A stretch of DNA of 64,000 nt from Tubulanus polymorphus (lineage: Eukaryota; Animalia; Nemertea). The position numbers and the translations under genes were made by a program. Shown here piece after piece: positions 1 to 12,842 of this stretch. The DNA lies in the NCBI RefSeq assembly GCF_964204645.1, contig NC_134029.1, positions 18,966,950-19,030,949 on the forward strand. The letters are read 5' to 3'. Positions within the stretch are counted from its first letter, which is position 1, and each line of letters starts with the position of its first letter. The notes under the pieces were generated by a model that saw nothing but the letters and a program-made list of their open reading frames with translations, searched no databases and had not been told where the DNA came from.

Positions 1-39
1 CCAACTTGAAACATATTGGCCCAGATCAGTGTGGAAACA

Positions 40-290
40 CTGTGGGCAATTGTTGGGTTATTGGAGTTAGTCGACACATTTGCTATGTCAAACCTGTCAG
101 TTAGTCGGAACTATAGTCCAAAAAACAGTGAAATGAGCACAGTCGCTGTAGTTCGGACCTAGTTCCAAGATGGCACACAACAAGAAATGTGTTAAGACCG
201 AAATATAGTGCGTTCGGTCATTAGCTCCAGCCACTAGTCGACTAACTATGGAAACCTAAGTACGCCCAGCCCAACAGTTGTAACAACAAT
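40..290. mobile_element. Dispersed repeat family D (palindromic MITE-like)
   Basis: Shares GTTAGTCGGAACTAT...GTAGTTC...AAGATGGC...TATAGTGC blocks with 33121-33362 and partly 16926-17010; loosely inverted ends. Confidence 0.65.
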
Positions 291-597
291 ACAGCGAAAT
301 ACCACGATTAAAAAAAGAACATTTTTTTTAAAAAGTCCGAAAGGTTTTTTTTTGTAATAAACTACAGCTTAGGAAACCTTACAGATTTGTGTTTTCTTTT
401 CGTTTATGTGGGATAGTTCTATAGCGCCTACTGGTTATTTGATTTGCACAGTCACAATCGCTGTCTGTAGAGGTGTAGTTATGGAGACTTGCCATATAAT
501 ATACAATGAAAGATGCTCAACAGTCAGTAGGCTTCGTTTGGCGAACATTGTATTTTCTGGTTCTCGGGCCTCTGTTATGAGACCCTATTTTCGTATT

Positions 598-941
598 GTC
601 TGTCTGTGTCTCTGGGTTACAATGTCAGTATGGGGGTCTAGTTGTGTAGTGCAAAGAATGTGCCCAGTGCACCTCCTAAAAGTGGGGGTGAACTGTGGTT
701 TCTAGTGGCAGAACTAGGCACTAATAACTGTTTTCAGCAACTTGCCCTTGGAGATCACCTCATAACTGAGGAAATGGTCGAAATTCAAATAGGTATCTTG
801 ACAAAATTTAGCTATTCACCCTAGATACAACATATCCAAAATGCAATGATAACTAACGCATGGGAACTTCGGGTTTGCCTCATACATATATTGAGCCTGA
901 GCCTGAGAACCATTGTTGGCCATTGTCGCCTATAGCTTGTT
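598..941 (+). mobile_element. Dispersed repeat family E (non-autonomous Helitron/Helentron-like)
   Basis: Colinear with 34929-35260 (TCTG microsatellite start, CTCATAACTG, TGACAAAATTTAGCTAT, CTAGATACAACATATC, TTGAGCCTGAG). Class is inferred. Confidence 0.6.
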
Positions 942-1667
942 GTAATTTCCTATGCAAATGAACTGAATTTGAATTTGAATTTGAGGGTATGTCATGTTAT
1001 GTTAATCTCGCATTGTAATCACCGGCTAGACATGATAAAAAGGGCAGAATTCCAATGGATCTACATAGAAAGGTCCGCGGAATATCTCTTAAGTTCCATT
1101 GCAGACTGCGTCGCCGGCTTTCAGCGACATTACGATTTCTGGCTCGTCGCGTTCCGTCATCGACACGCACGCCTTTACCGTGTTTCACTTCCTCTTCATT
1201 CCTTTCCCCGTTACTTGAACGGACGTGCGAGATGAAGCCTCCTCGACTGCCGCGTGTCTCGCTTCCTTCGCCGAAACAAATTCGAATCGATTAATTTTCT
1301 CGCGGCCAGTATTCCAATATCGTCGTCGTCGTCGGTGTTGTTGAGATTTCGTTTTTTTTTTTGTGCACCTTTGACATTTTTCGAAAATGATGTACGATTT
1401 TCATCGGTGACGACGACATAAGAATGATGCATCATCGGCGTCATCGTCGTCGTCATCTCATCGTCGTCTCATCATCGTCGCGGATTACAAAATGTAATCA
1501 GGTGACGCGTTAATTACCGATGACATCTGAATCTATTTTTCACCTTCACGCCCGATATTCGTATCCAACGACGCTTCGTGTCGGGTATTAATTCGCCTGG
1601 ATTAAAATCTACGTGAAGTGAAATTGTGATCACTGCATCTTTTTGAACGCTTTAGAAAGGTTGATTA

Positions 1668-1899
1668 GCACGAGTGTTGTTGGCCCGGCCAACGGTTCGT
1701 TCAGACGGTTGCCAAATGGACCCGGGCAAAATTTTTAGCAAGGGACAAATGATCGCGTTTGAATTGCATGCACCTGCTACCAGAAATGACTCTGAGTGAG
1801 GGTGGTTTATGCGTGAACGTGCTCTCTAATTTGGCACGGGCCAAATTTGACTGGTCCTGATTCAGGGGAGGGGGGCAAATCATCTCTCAGTGTGAGGCT
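1668..1899 (+). mobile_element. MITE family A, degenerate copy
   Basis: GAGTG..GGTTT..GTGAACG.GCTCTCTAAT..GGCACGGGCCAAATTTG core shared with 27008-27334. Confidence 0.75.
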
Positions 1900-2220
1900 T
1901 TTATCACTTGGATTTCGTATAGAATTAATTTCAATTCATTTCAATAAAATCTATACATTATTGGACAATACAATAAATGAAAGAAAACAACATTATCAAA
2001 ATAGAATATAAAATGTATCATACAAAACAGTTAATATTGTATATACATTGTAAAGGTGTTCTACATTTAGGTACTTTCGTGAATAAACTTTCCTAGACTC
2101 GGAGCCATTTTTACCGATGTCATAATCATGATGAATAAAATGATTAGATCGTTCGATATTGGATCTACTGTGACATGACAAAACATATCTCTACAAGTCA
2201 ATTTTTTACTTTCAGTTACC

Positions 2221-2400
2221 AAAAATAAGTAATTTGACACAATTTAAGATATCTAAGTTATAAATACTCAATAGTTGGTTGAAGATAACTTGGATACATA
2301 CCATAGTAACAATGAACTTGTAATTGCCACTATGTCAGCTTATCCACTTGTTAATCAAATTTTGAGCAACGGGTCTCGTGTGTGTCAAATTACTTATTTT
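2221..2400. repeat. Inverted repeat, probable MITE remnant
   Basis: AAAATAAGTAATTTGACAC (~2222) vs GTGTCAAATTACTTATTTT (~2382), perfect 19-bp inverse. Confidence 0.6.
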
Positions 2401-3653
2401 CAGGTTGAAAATTGCGTTAGCCGTTGATTTATGGATGAACGTTGTTTGGTTGAGGGCTGCTAAAAACAAACGCGGTTTGGGTTTGATAGATTGAACGTTG
2501 ACAATAATCCCCTGTTTTAATCATCTCCCGGTGTGCAGATTAACAGAAACGCTCAATCATGATCAGCGGAGGGGGGTCTCAGACTTGTTTAATTAACTTG
2601 ATAATCCAACTTGCTATTAATTGATTTATCAATAAAGGCTCTACAATAGTTTTTTAGGCTTTTATTCTATTTGAACAAGATGTTAAGCCATGGAAATACG
2701 TGTTAGTTCTTTAGATTGTAACCCCTCTGAAAAGGTATTTACCCAGAGGCAAATTCAGGGTACTGAAGCCTTTTAAACTATTAGCCCTAATACAAACTTG
2801 TAGTGCATGGAAATCAACTGGATATGAGGTTTTTTGTATCGTCATAAATCAGGGTTATGGCACCTTCAGGGTCCTATACCAAACTATTGATAAGGTGCCC
2901 TTATATGTGACTTGCTGTGACTTTATTGCCTTGCCAGGGTGTGGTTGTGAACAGTTAACCTAATAACACAGGTAAACTTTGGATCAACCCCTATTTGACC
3001 ACCGTTTTCTTCAGGGCGTTCCGTCATACGATAATTAAGACCATACGTGAAAGTAGCTCGGGCATGACGTATGATCGTCAATAATAGGGTGAATTTTGGC
3101 TGTATCTCGCCCGTAGTTTTCATGAACACTGATGAAAAGCGAAACCTACGTGTGCGATTCTTGTCGAAGACCTACGGGATTGCATTGATCTTCACCAGAG
3201 CTACGTGTCGCGATTAATACATTTGAGAAATGAAAACATTTCGACACCTGGTGTAATTAGTTTCATTTAGAGTCTAACATAATGAAATGATTCTCGTATC
3301 GTATGTATATTCATCCAATTTTACGCACCCCGACGAGAGTGCCTAGATTTTCTGTAACCAGGATCCAATTCCACTGTTGTGAATACTGAATTGACAATGA
3401 ACCAATTTTCACTAAAAACTTGGTAAATGCTGAAGTTCAGTAATGCGGGTTACTGAGAAGGGTCGTGGTCCTAAACAAACTGCCTATCTGAATATCCATT
3501 GCATGGGGAACTGAACGATGGTCCATATATCAACCTATTTTTGGGGTCATGATATTGCTTGTGGCCATTTTAACCCGCCTTAACAGGAACTGATATTTCA
3601 GTGGCAAGTGCACCGCAACAAATATGCAGCATAATTTATTGGTATTGATGTGA

Positions 3654-4030
3654 AAACTGTGTCTGGCCCACCAGCAACAACTGCACATGTATCCGGCACA
3701 CTAGCAACCACTATACATTGTCTCCGGGACACTGGCAACAACTGTACATTGTGTCTGGCACACTGGCAACAAACTGCACATTTGTCCGGCATACTAGCAA
3801 CAACTGTACATGGCACACTAGCAACAACTGCTGCACATGTGTCCGGCACACCAGCAATGACAGTACATTGTGTCTGGCACACTGGCAACAAACTGCACAT
3901 GTGTCCAGCACACTGGCAACGACTGTACATTGTGTCTGGCACACTGGCAACAAACTGCACATGTGTGCGGCACACGAGCAACGACTGCACATTGTGTCCG
4001 GCACACTGGCAACAACTGCACACCTGTGCA
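3654..4030. repeat. Minisatellite, ~29-30 bp unit ACTGYACAT(T)GTGTCYGGCACACTGGCAACA, about 12-13 copies
   Basis: Directly visible tandem units; explains the six overlapping Cys/His/Thr-rich ORFs. Confidence 0.9.
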
Positions 4031-4844
4031 TACTGTACCTGCCATATATTGTATATTGAAACATAATCCAGCAGCAAGTACATACTGTCTTGGTGTACTT
4101 TTTGCTGTTGTGACAAGAATATCAAACATGTTAGTTATTGCAGTCAATGACGCAAGTGACAAATATGCTCGAAAAGTATGCTTTTGGAATATACTTATCG
4201 CTGTACTGGTTATGGTGTAAACATATACTTGTAGTTAGTGCGTGGGTGCTTTACTCATATCTCTATGTAGCGGGCTGGAATCGGTTTACTGAATGGCAGT
4301 AATCGCATTCATCCCGGCTTCCATTCCGTAGATACCTGATTTATAAGCTTTATCCAATCATCCGTTGAAAGCGAATACAACATAAATTTTGTTCGATACG
4401 GCGAAAACATGCGACCTTTAATGGTCGCCGATTAACCGTAGATCACGATCCTATGATGGTTCTGGGCACGTATTCAGATTGTATCTGGTGAGTTCGCGTA
4501 TTCCCGTTATTTCTATGTCGCCGGTCATTGCGAGTATAGCTGTGAATACAAATTCTCACGATGCGTGCAGACTGTAATAAGTTGACCGTTATTACGCCCG
4601 TCGTCGATATGGGAGAGAATCAGTGGGCGGTGATGAGGTTTTTACCATAGACTCATGAGGTTTATCGTAGACTCGCGGTGGTATAGTTACAGCGTTAACG
4701 GCGTCGGCTGGGAGTCCAGTGCGCTCATAACCGGTAGTTATAACCTTCAGGCAATGAAATGTAGAATGAATTTTTCATAGTTGTCGATATGTGGGTGAAC
4801 ATAAATGTGTTTGGGTTGTATTATGGATTTATATATAAACTAGC

Positions 4845-5106
4845 GCTGCTATCGCACGAGCGTTTTTTGTCTGTGTTGGATAAAGCCCAGGTCAACCGTT
4901 GACCATCAACCATGAGTCAAACGGGCACGCATTTGACACAAGCCCAAATTGGCCCTACAAAAACATTCGTCCAGGGTTGGTCAAATTTAAGCTTGGGACA
5001 GATAATTGCTTGTGAATGTTTACTGCTTCTGTAAGGACTCGCCTCACTTTGTTACTGATCCGAGCAAATTTGACCGGGGCTTCATAGTCTCCATGTGATC
5101 ACCGCT
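4845..5106 (+). mobile_element. MITE family A, degenerate copy
   Basis: Decayed TIRs GCTGCTATCGCAC / GTGATCACCGCT and internal homology to family A. Confidence 0.65.
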
Positions 5107-6504
5107 ATATATAGTGTTTATCTGGGTTGTAATCATGGATATATGAACTAGGTGAATGTCCATGGTTGTGTTGGGAACTGTTACCCTCCTTTGATTTTTT
5201 ACTCGTTTTCCGATATCCTTCTCTTTATTTGACTAGTGTTTAGTAAGCCACGGGGAGTGCTGTTTGCCATGGACAATTTTTGGTGAAAACCAGTACACTA
5301 AGCATTGAAAAGATCATCAATGTTTGTAAACAAAGCCACCTAAACGTCTCTTGTGTAAGCTGAAATGGATCCGCACAACCTTGGGCAATCGTGTGTTTAT
5401 GCGACAATTGAATTATCAGCTTACAGGTCTGATTTGTTTTTTTTTTGCACCGTCGACTGGCTCCGCGACAGGTTAACCGAATGACATTTCCCTCGTAGAC
5501 TACTTATGCGCGGCGGAAAGCTTTATTTACCCTACGACAACAATGGTTTATTCTCAGTTTGCGCTGGGGAAAGAAAATAGAAAACCGAAGCAATTAGTTA
5601 ATGCCCCGAGATGATATTTCATATTTCACTAGATGTAGTTTTCTCTCATATCCCTAGGGTAATTCATAGCTGTTCCTATACTTTTTCTGAAAAACTTCTT
5701 AGGCCTTACGATGAAAAATACATAAAGCTCATTGAATGACATTTGCAAATACCAGATTTTCAGCGCTTGCTATGTATCTGAGGGGGTTTCCACGTACAGT
5801 GCCCTTCCATTCGTCAAAAACATGTGTTTGTGTACTGGTGTAATTAAAGTGTAGGGTTTCTTCTCGGTACTGCTGGTACAGCGTCTTATTTAATTAACGA
5901 AGAGCTTTCCGCACTTCACGAGGCACATCATCATCCGGCGCGTTAGCATTGACCTATCGAGGTAGATGAGGCAGATAGGTCCAATTTAGCGAACGACAAA
6001 ACCGCGTATTTTTTTAAAGTAGATACCGCGTAACCTGCTCAATTCAGCTAACCAAATCCGTCCCATCTCCTGGGAAATTACATTTCGTATACCACTTTCG
6101 CCGGGGTTGATCGTGTTCGCGCGTTGAATGCCGAATGCCGGCTACTGAAACGGAACGGGACCTGGATAACCGCGTACCTGAGCTCGGTCGATTAATCAAT
6201 TCGTATGCGGGAAAACACCTCGTCTCGACGGAGGCCGATAGTTGTCGTCGTCATTCATTTTTTCGATATTTATCATCGCGTGGGTGATGTTATATACCAT
6301 TCGTGTTTACGGGCTCGTACTAATTGAATCACTGTGTGCAGCGCGTAGCTTGATTTTGTAGAATTTAGAAAGTGGATATTTTGCCGATTCGACGTTATTC
6401 TTGTAAACGCTATTTTGCCTGGAGCTCATTCAGATCGGTTACTGATGGTGCTCATGCGCATGAAGGAGCTGGACTTAGAAAAATCAAGAAAGCAACAAAA
6501 ATAA

Positions 6505-6590
6505 AATGGTGAAAAATCAGGATTTGAACCCACAGCCTGCTGTGTGCTAGTGCAACGACGCCTACCACTAGACCATCCGGTCAAGCTGCC
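6505..6590 (-). mobile_element. tRNA-derived SINE-like head or tRNA pseudogene
   Basis: Minus strand: A-box TGGTCTAGTGG, B-box GGTTCAAATCC, then T-runs. The acceptor stem does not pair well, so not a functional tRNA. Confidence 0.6.
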
Positions 6591-7806
6591 TAAACTCTTA
6601 AGGTTTAACTACTCACAGCACTCGATCTAACCCTTAACCAACCATGACCCTTAAATTGACCCGAAAGCACTAACACCCTTTTTCTAACCCTAGTTGAAAG
6701 AGTTTCCTAGAATTCAAGTTCGGAATTAGAGAAGTATTACAATGTACTCGACATGAAGCTTGGAGCCATATTTGGCCAACCCTATCTGTGCCTCGCCGTT
6801 AAATGAGATTTCAACAATGATCTTCGTAAAACTTCCGGTTGAGAGGAGAAGCGTATGCGTAGCTTCAGGTTTTTAGTCTCCATCTCCATCAGCATTAATT
6901 CCATTAGCTAAAGCTACCGACTAACTGACTTGAGACCATCTTTCAATTCAGCTAGTTTTTCATATACCTCTACAGGGATCTCATTACCAGTCGACAGCCG
7001 GTAATTTCCACGAGTCTCTACTCCCGGTATTTTTCGCCATTTTTCGCCCGGGTTACTTTGATCATTGATGTATCCGTTTTTTTTTTCGCACGACGCAGTC
7101 GCCGTCATTAAGTCATTTGTACGCGTCAAGGCAACATCGACGAACAGAGATGACTACCGTCTCGGTAACGCGCCGAGAAGGAAATCTGAATCCCACTTTT
7201 ATTTTTTTCATCCATGGCAATGATGCGCGACGTTAAAACCATTGTTTCAATCTGGTAAGGTTTTTTTTTTTCTAAGCGCGATGAAACAATGCGAGAAATT
7301 TCATCGGTATCAAATTTAGAAAACATTGCGCTGAATCGTCAGGAATTTGTTAGAATCGGTCGAGTTCGCCTCAACTCTCTTCTTCATTTTGTCTCGTTTC
7401 ACTTGACATTTTGTGGTGGCCATGTAATTGGAAATTCTGCAACTACCACAAAACAGGAAACATCGTGTGAAGTCGGAGCAGCTAAACAAGAATCGCCAAC
7501 GCACAACCAATGACTATGAGCAAGCAGAGTGATCGAAATCGCTGTTATTTTGATTGGTTCTTGTCATGCTCCGTGCTATACACGTACTAATAAGTACCAT
7601 TATTAAAGGTGACTTCAAAGTACCATTTTCAGTGGGGTACTTATAAGTACTTAAAAAGGTACTATGTGTTCGTCATTGTAGGAGTACCTTTTTAAGTACT
7701 AATAAGCACCATTATTTAAGGTGACATCAAAGTACCATTTTCAGTAGGGTACTCATTAGTACCATCTGAGAAACATCTAAGACGGTACTCCGACATTCCC
7801 TTTTAT

Positions 7807-7949
7807 GAATAAATAACGTGACGAGTATAGTACTATATAGATTAACTATTTATTTGACGCACAAGCTTTTGCTACTAATGTATAGATGCTTCATCAGGTG
7901 AATGAGAAAGCTTGCGTGCCATTAGTACTACTTCTCACGTTATTTATTC
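7807..7949 (-). mobile_element. Short Penelope-like inverted pLTR remnant with degenerate hammerhead motif
   Basis: 15-bp perfect inverted ends GAATAAATAACGTGA. Minus strand CAC-CTGATGA-A-GCatCTA tacat TAGtaGC-aAAA-GC-TT-GTG. Lies within an AGTAC-rich repeat (about 7580-8095). Confidence 0.55.
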
Positions 7950-8631
7950 TAAATCTGGCTAACTCTACGAATATACCCTTTTATGGGATATTTGACAAAT
8001 ACCTTTTTCACATTGTTGGTACTCTATTATACCCTTTAAAGGTTTAGGGCAAGTACCTGTGTGGGTAATTTCAGGTACCTTTCGAGGTACTAGGGAGTTC
8101 TATAGCAGCAGGTGACCTAAACACAAAACGCACAAACTTAAGCAGCAGCTCGAGCGTAAAATTCTGAAGTTTTTGGCGTTCGGTACGTTTCAGCCGATAT
8201 TTCTCTCGATATTTTGTGCACTATTTGACGTTTCGCTCGTTATAGAGATTAGCGTGCGATCGCATTCATGTTTTATTACGTTGTTGAACTCATCCATGTA
8301 CGTGTGTATGCGGCGTCTCTATCTATCGTACCCCGATGCCGCGTATCCTTCGGGAATTTCACGACGTAACGATGTTACTACGTACTGTAGATATAATATC
8401 GCCCGTTGAACATCCAGATATTCAAAAGTTAAATACGTGATACGCGATCAGATAATAAACTTAAAAGTCTGCAATTCTAGACTTGCGACCTCATCGCATT
8501 TATCTTGATTATAACCTTGATATACAATAAAATCATATATTTCGACTCGATTCTTGCCATTAAGATTAATTTTATTTGCCATATAGGGTGCCACTCTTGT
8601 ACAGTTATAGACTATATCTATATGCAACCAG

Positions 8632-8958
8632 CCTCTGAGATTTGCAGACAAATTTAGCCGGTGCCAAATTTGGCCTGGAACAACTTTTCATACGGTGCCG
8701 AATGGGCCTGGTCTAGATTTTGCAAGACCAAAAACGTCAGACCAGGCCCAAGCCGAATATTAGCACGGGTCAAATTATTGCGCATGAATTACGACTAGTT
8801 CCAATAGTGACTGACTTTTCACTTTGTTTAAGCATTGTTTAGTATCAAGTGAGTGGTTTACCTGTGAGATCGCTCTCTAATTAGGCGCAGGTCTAATTTG
8901 GGCCTGATCCGGGACAACGTCGTGGCCCGGGCCAAATCATCTTCATTCGATTGCGGCT
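8632..8958 (+). mobile_element. MITE family A copy
   Basis: Near full-length homology; right TIR GATTGCGGCT. Confidence 0.85.
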
Positions 8959-10185
8959 AATATTGCCTTCTACGAGAACCTCTGGTGTCAATTTCCGGCC
9001 ATTGTGAAAGCAACAATTCAACTGTCAATTGTTGACAGTTTAAGGATAAACACAGGCGTCGCGTTCATGTCTGTTTACCATATAGATTTCCCCGGAGTAA
9101 ATTGCACTGTCGCTTGAAAACGAAATCTTAAGAAAAAATCATCGTCGTTACAAACGGTTAATGAAGTCAAAGATATCGACTAAAGATGACGATGTCGTAG
9201 CAGTTTGTCTCGTTCAGAATACGAGCCGTCAGAACCGTCAGATGATAGAGTGAATTCATCCTAGCTAATGGGATTTTATCGGGGGAAACTTGTTTATCGC
9301 GAGGTAAAAAGGGGGAATAATCACCTTTACGTTTGCTACGCGAGTGCATTCCGTTCGGCGCTCGTCGTTACGTGCGTCCTCAGCTGTGTCCTTGGCAGAG
9401 GTGACGAGAAACCGTCCAGCGACTGCCGGAAATTCAAACCTATCGAGTCGCACTTACGACGATCCACTTATAGATGGTAATAAAAAAAATCGAACGCAAG
9501 AAAGCGTCGATTGCACGTTTTTCCCGTGTAAGACGTGACGATCGATTATGGTTTCCTAGGTTATCGGCGCCGGTCGGTTATTAGCGACGCGAGCGTTGTC
9601 GTCGGCGCGTACGATTTTTCGATACTATAAGCAACATTTCCTGCCAATTATTCGACGAATCCTCATAAGATGATCGGCGTTCGCGGAAAATGTTACAGTA
9701 GTCGCGCTCTTCTACAGTCGGCGCACGTTTCTATATGATATAGAGATACGCGATCGGCTTTGCTAAGAGTACCGATACCTAAGTACCAACAACCGCGGTG
9801 GCGTGCTTGCTTGGTCGTGGTTGGAGGTATAGAATTTGTATATAAACATCGCGGTACCGGTTAGATTAACGCGGCAGCCGTACATAAAATCTAATCGGCT
9901 GAAGTTATTGATGAACCGATAGCACGTGCATCGTTAGGTAATTTCTTGGAAGCGTATGTTAATGAGGGTCTGAATGATTGCTTTTCGGAATACAGTCGTT
10001 TATTACACCTCGATTGATAAGGCACTGATGGGTACAAACGTAATCGAACGTAATGAAAGTTCTTTCCTACGTACTTACAACGGATCCTAGAAATGCGTTC
10101 GCAAGCCCTGATCATGAGAACTTTTGGCCCCTGCCAAATTAGGACTTTACATTGGAACTGGCCAATCATTGGATCCTTAGACAAA

Positions 10186-10517
10186 GTTGCCATCACACAA
10201 GCATTTTTGGCTTCAAACAACTGTTCACACAAGCATTTTTGGCCTCAAACAACTACTGTTCACATAGGTGCCAAATGGGCCTCTGCCTTTTTGGCCCAAC
10301 CAAAAATGTCGGACCAGGCCCGAGTCAAATTTTAGCACAGGTCAAATTATTGCATATGAATTGCTACTGGTTCCGGGAGTGAGTCACTTTGTTTAAGCAT
10401 TGTTTAGTATCAAGTGAGTGGTTTACATGTGAACACGCTCTCTAAATAGGCTCGGTCCAAATTTGACTCTAGTCCGATCGGTGCCAATTTTGCGTGGGCG
10501 AAGTTGTGATTGCGGCT
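10186..10517 (+). mobile_element. MITE family A copy with internal ~30-bp tandem duplication
   Basis: CACACAAGCATTTTTGGC.TCAAACAACT occurs twice; right TIR GTGATTGCGGCT. Confidence 0.85.
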
Positions 10518-10959
10518 GTTGACTGGGTTGATACAGTTCTGCATAAGGATAACCTCAAAATACCACACTACCTATGAGAATTATTATAACAATATGGACA
10601 ACCTTGGTAACTTTCGTTTCGATTATACAAGCGAAATAACGAAATGGATCTTATGGAATGACTAGTCGAACTCCTTGTAGACACCATTCGATTATATGGG
10701 CATTTTTGGACGTAAACAAATTACGGCGCCTTATCTGGTATTCAGTGGCAGCTGTTAAATGGCTCTGTTTTGGTCTTTATTATCCATTGCAGCGGGTGGT
10801 TGCCGTACCTAGGGTAATCATCGCGATAGCTCTAGATGTAATCATCTAGATTGTGAAAAAAAGATATCCAGTGAATATTTCATGACGCAGCCCGACCAAC
10901 CAACTGACAATGCGCGAAGTCTCGCGTGGAAAAAAGCTATTCGCAATTTTGTTCGATGT

Positions 10960-11229
10960 ACCGTGATCGCACAGAGTCGATTCGACCCGGGTAAAATTTG
11001 GCCAGTGCCTAATTAGAGAGTGCGTTCACACGTAAACCACTCACTCGTTACTAAAGAAAGTGAGTCACTTCCGGAACCAGTTGAAATTCACATGCTATGA
11101 TTTCGCCTGTGCTAAAATTCTACTCGGGCCTAGTCCAATGTTTTGGTCGGATGCCCATATGGCACCCTGGTGAACGGTTGTTCCAGATCTACTATGGCCC
11201 GGGCCAAAAGCGCTCGCATAATCACAGCT
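10960..11229 (-). mobile_element. MITE family A copy, inverted
   Basis: Reverse-complement core CCTAATTAGAGAG.GCGTTCACACG.AAACCA; decayed TIRs. Confidence 0.8.
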
Positions 11230-11639
11230 TTTATAATCAGCAAGTATTCATCAGGGCTCATTATTGTTCGGCGGAAGTATCCATTTCTGCTCGACGGTAA
11301 AGCTGATATCGTTTTGTTTTGTCATTTATGCAAGTGTTATTTTTTGATGTATTAACTTTTTCCGCAATAACAGGCTTTAGTTTTTCCCACTTCTATCTAA
11401 TCAAGATATCATGTGATGGTCATGAGGAGCTGGTTTACGAATTTCATTTCTATATTGCAAACTCGCGTGCAACCAGGAACTAAATACGTGTCGCTTTCAT
11501 ACGAACTGTTCTATGGCCGGTTGAATTCATATCCGGATTATACATGGGGAAAGAATGATTTCGTATTTTATCGAAAATCCTAGGTAATGCGGGCGATGCG
11601 TATGCTGCTAGCGTAAACAAACTTTACCCGTGGCATCCG

Positions 11640-12369
11640 TGGGTTCTGTAAGATAAGCTTCTCGTAAAAGTGAATAAGACTCGAAGGATTTGTATCGTGT
11701 TTTACCGCTCGGCGTTTCCGCGTAACCGTTGCGAGAGTGTTCGCGCGGATATCGAGCCGACTCCGGTCATGAGAAACCGGCTTCGTTTGTATCGGCTACG
11801 CGGATCGTAGGTAGACGAAAGCTTTCGCGCAAAAGTGGCGCTCGAAGAAATTGCTAATTCGCCGGTGCCCGGGAAATAGAAGCCGCGTGTCTCTCGGGGG
11901 TATTTTCAGTCAGGGAGAAATTCGTCGAGTTATCAAAGCGTTCGTTCGCTCGCGCACGCGATTAACTACAATTCCGTCAGACGAATTTCATGAATAATTG
12001 ACTTCGTTTTAAAAGTCTTTTCAAATGGAATTTACTTCCGTCGGGCGGCGTTTCTAGACGTGCGATTTGAATACGTCGAGAACGATCGTCGTTTTCCGCG
12101 CGGATTTCGGGATACCTCCGATTCGTCTTGTTACGTTAGAATGTCGTCGTTATTATCCGCATCGGGCTGGCGACGTTCGTTACCTGAGCGTTCGTCGATG
12201 ATGTCATGCTCGTAGCCGTTGCGTCGGTCGTCGTCGTTAACGGCGTATTCGATATTTCTGCAGCCGAGGATGAACCGCCGAGCTCTGCCGCGTCGGCTGA
12301 TCAACGAGCATTCGACGAACGGATATCGTAACGTGCGACTGGGATTCGAGTATGCGCGTGCTCGAATTC

Positions 12370-12409
<40 letters not shown>

Positions 12410-12739
12410 GCTACTTCCATCTCTCTTAATCGTTACAATCGGATAGGAAAACTTGAAATATATATACTAATAAATATTTCAAGCTCATTAGAATTCGCGA
12501 AATAGTTGCGTTATTAGTTGACAAGAAGCACTTGTTGAAAGCAAAATGAAGCTGCCGAGCTGCGCGTACAAAACATAAGCCGCGTTCGAACACGATGGCT
12601 TCGATCTCGGCTGATCGGTCGTTTCATTTGAAGTCGCGCTCATGAAGTTTGTTTGTTTTTTTTCACTCGATCTGAAGGAGGTTATTAATTGTAACGCTTT
12701 ATACACGTTCGTTCTCGCGTGCGTTGTTTACTTAACAAA
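11640..12739 (+). promoter_or_regulatory. Putative distal promoter/5'UTR region
   Basis: CpG-dense, free of recognisable MITEs, contains a (TA)n tract, directly upstream of the 12740 ATG exon. TSS not determinable. Confidence 0.4.
12375..12404. repeat. (TA)n microsatellite
   Basis: Direct reading. Confidence 0.95.
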
Positions 12740-12842
12740 ATGGAGTTTACCTGGGTGCGCAGTTTCAGCGAACGTCTACGCGGCATGAACCGCAGTTACG
12801 TGGAATTCTTTTTGAAAAAGGAACGCCAGAAGAAACTTCTCG
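12740..12842 (+). CDS. DLC1/STARD13: Candidate alternative first coding exon (distal) of the DLC1/STARD13-like RhoGAP gene, MEFTWVRSFSERLRGMNRSYVEFFLKKERQKKLL(E)
   Basis: ATG in a strong context (aaaATGG) starts 34 open codons +1 nt, ending at consensus donor G|GTAAGT (12843). Phase 1 matches the acceptor at 53163, giving ...KKLL-E-IEAIEAC. Preceded by a CpG-rich, MITE-free region. Confidence 0.75.

Noticed and set aside
3128-3146. CTGATGA...GAAA motifs here, at ~14050 and at ~61797 (minus)
   Set aside because: No adequate stem II or stem I pairing.
3654-4030. CRISPR-like array
   Set aside because: Units are contiguous with no unique spacers, there are no cas genes, and the context is eukaryotic.
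3598-4220. Six overlapping Cys/His-rich ORFs resembling zinc-finger or keratin-associated proteins
   Set aside because: Artefact of a stop-poor minisatellite; no splice context or domain signature.
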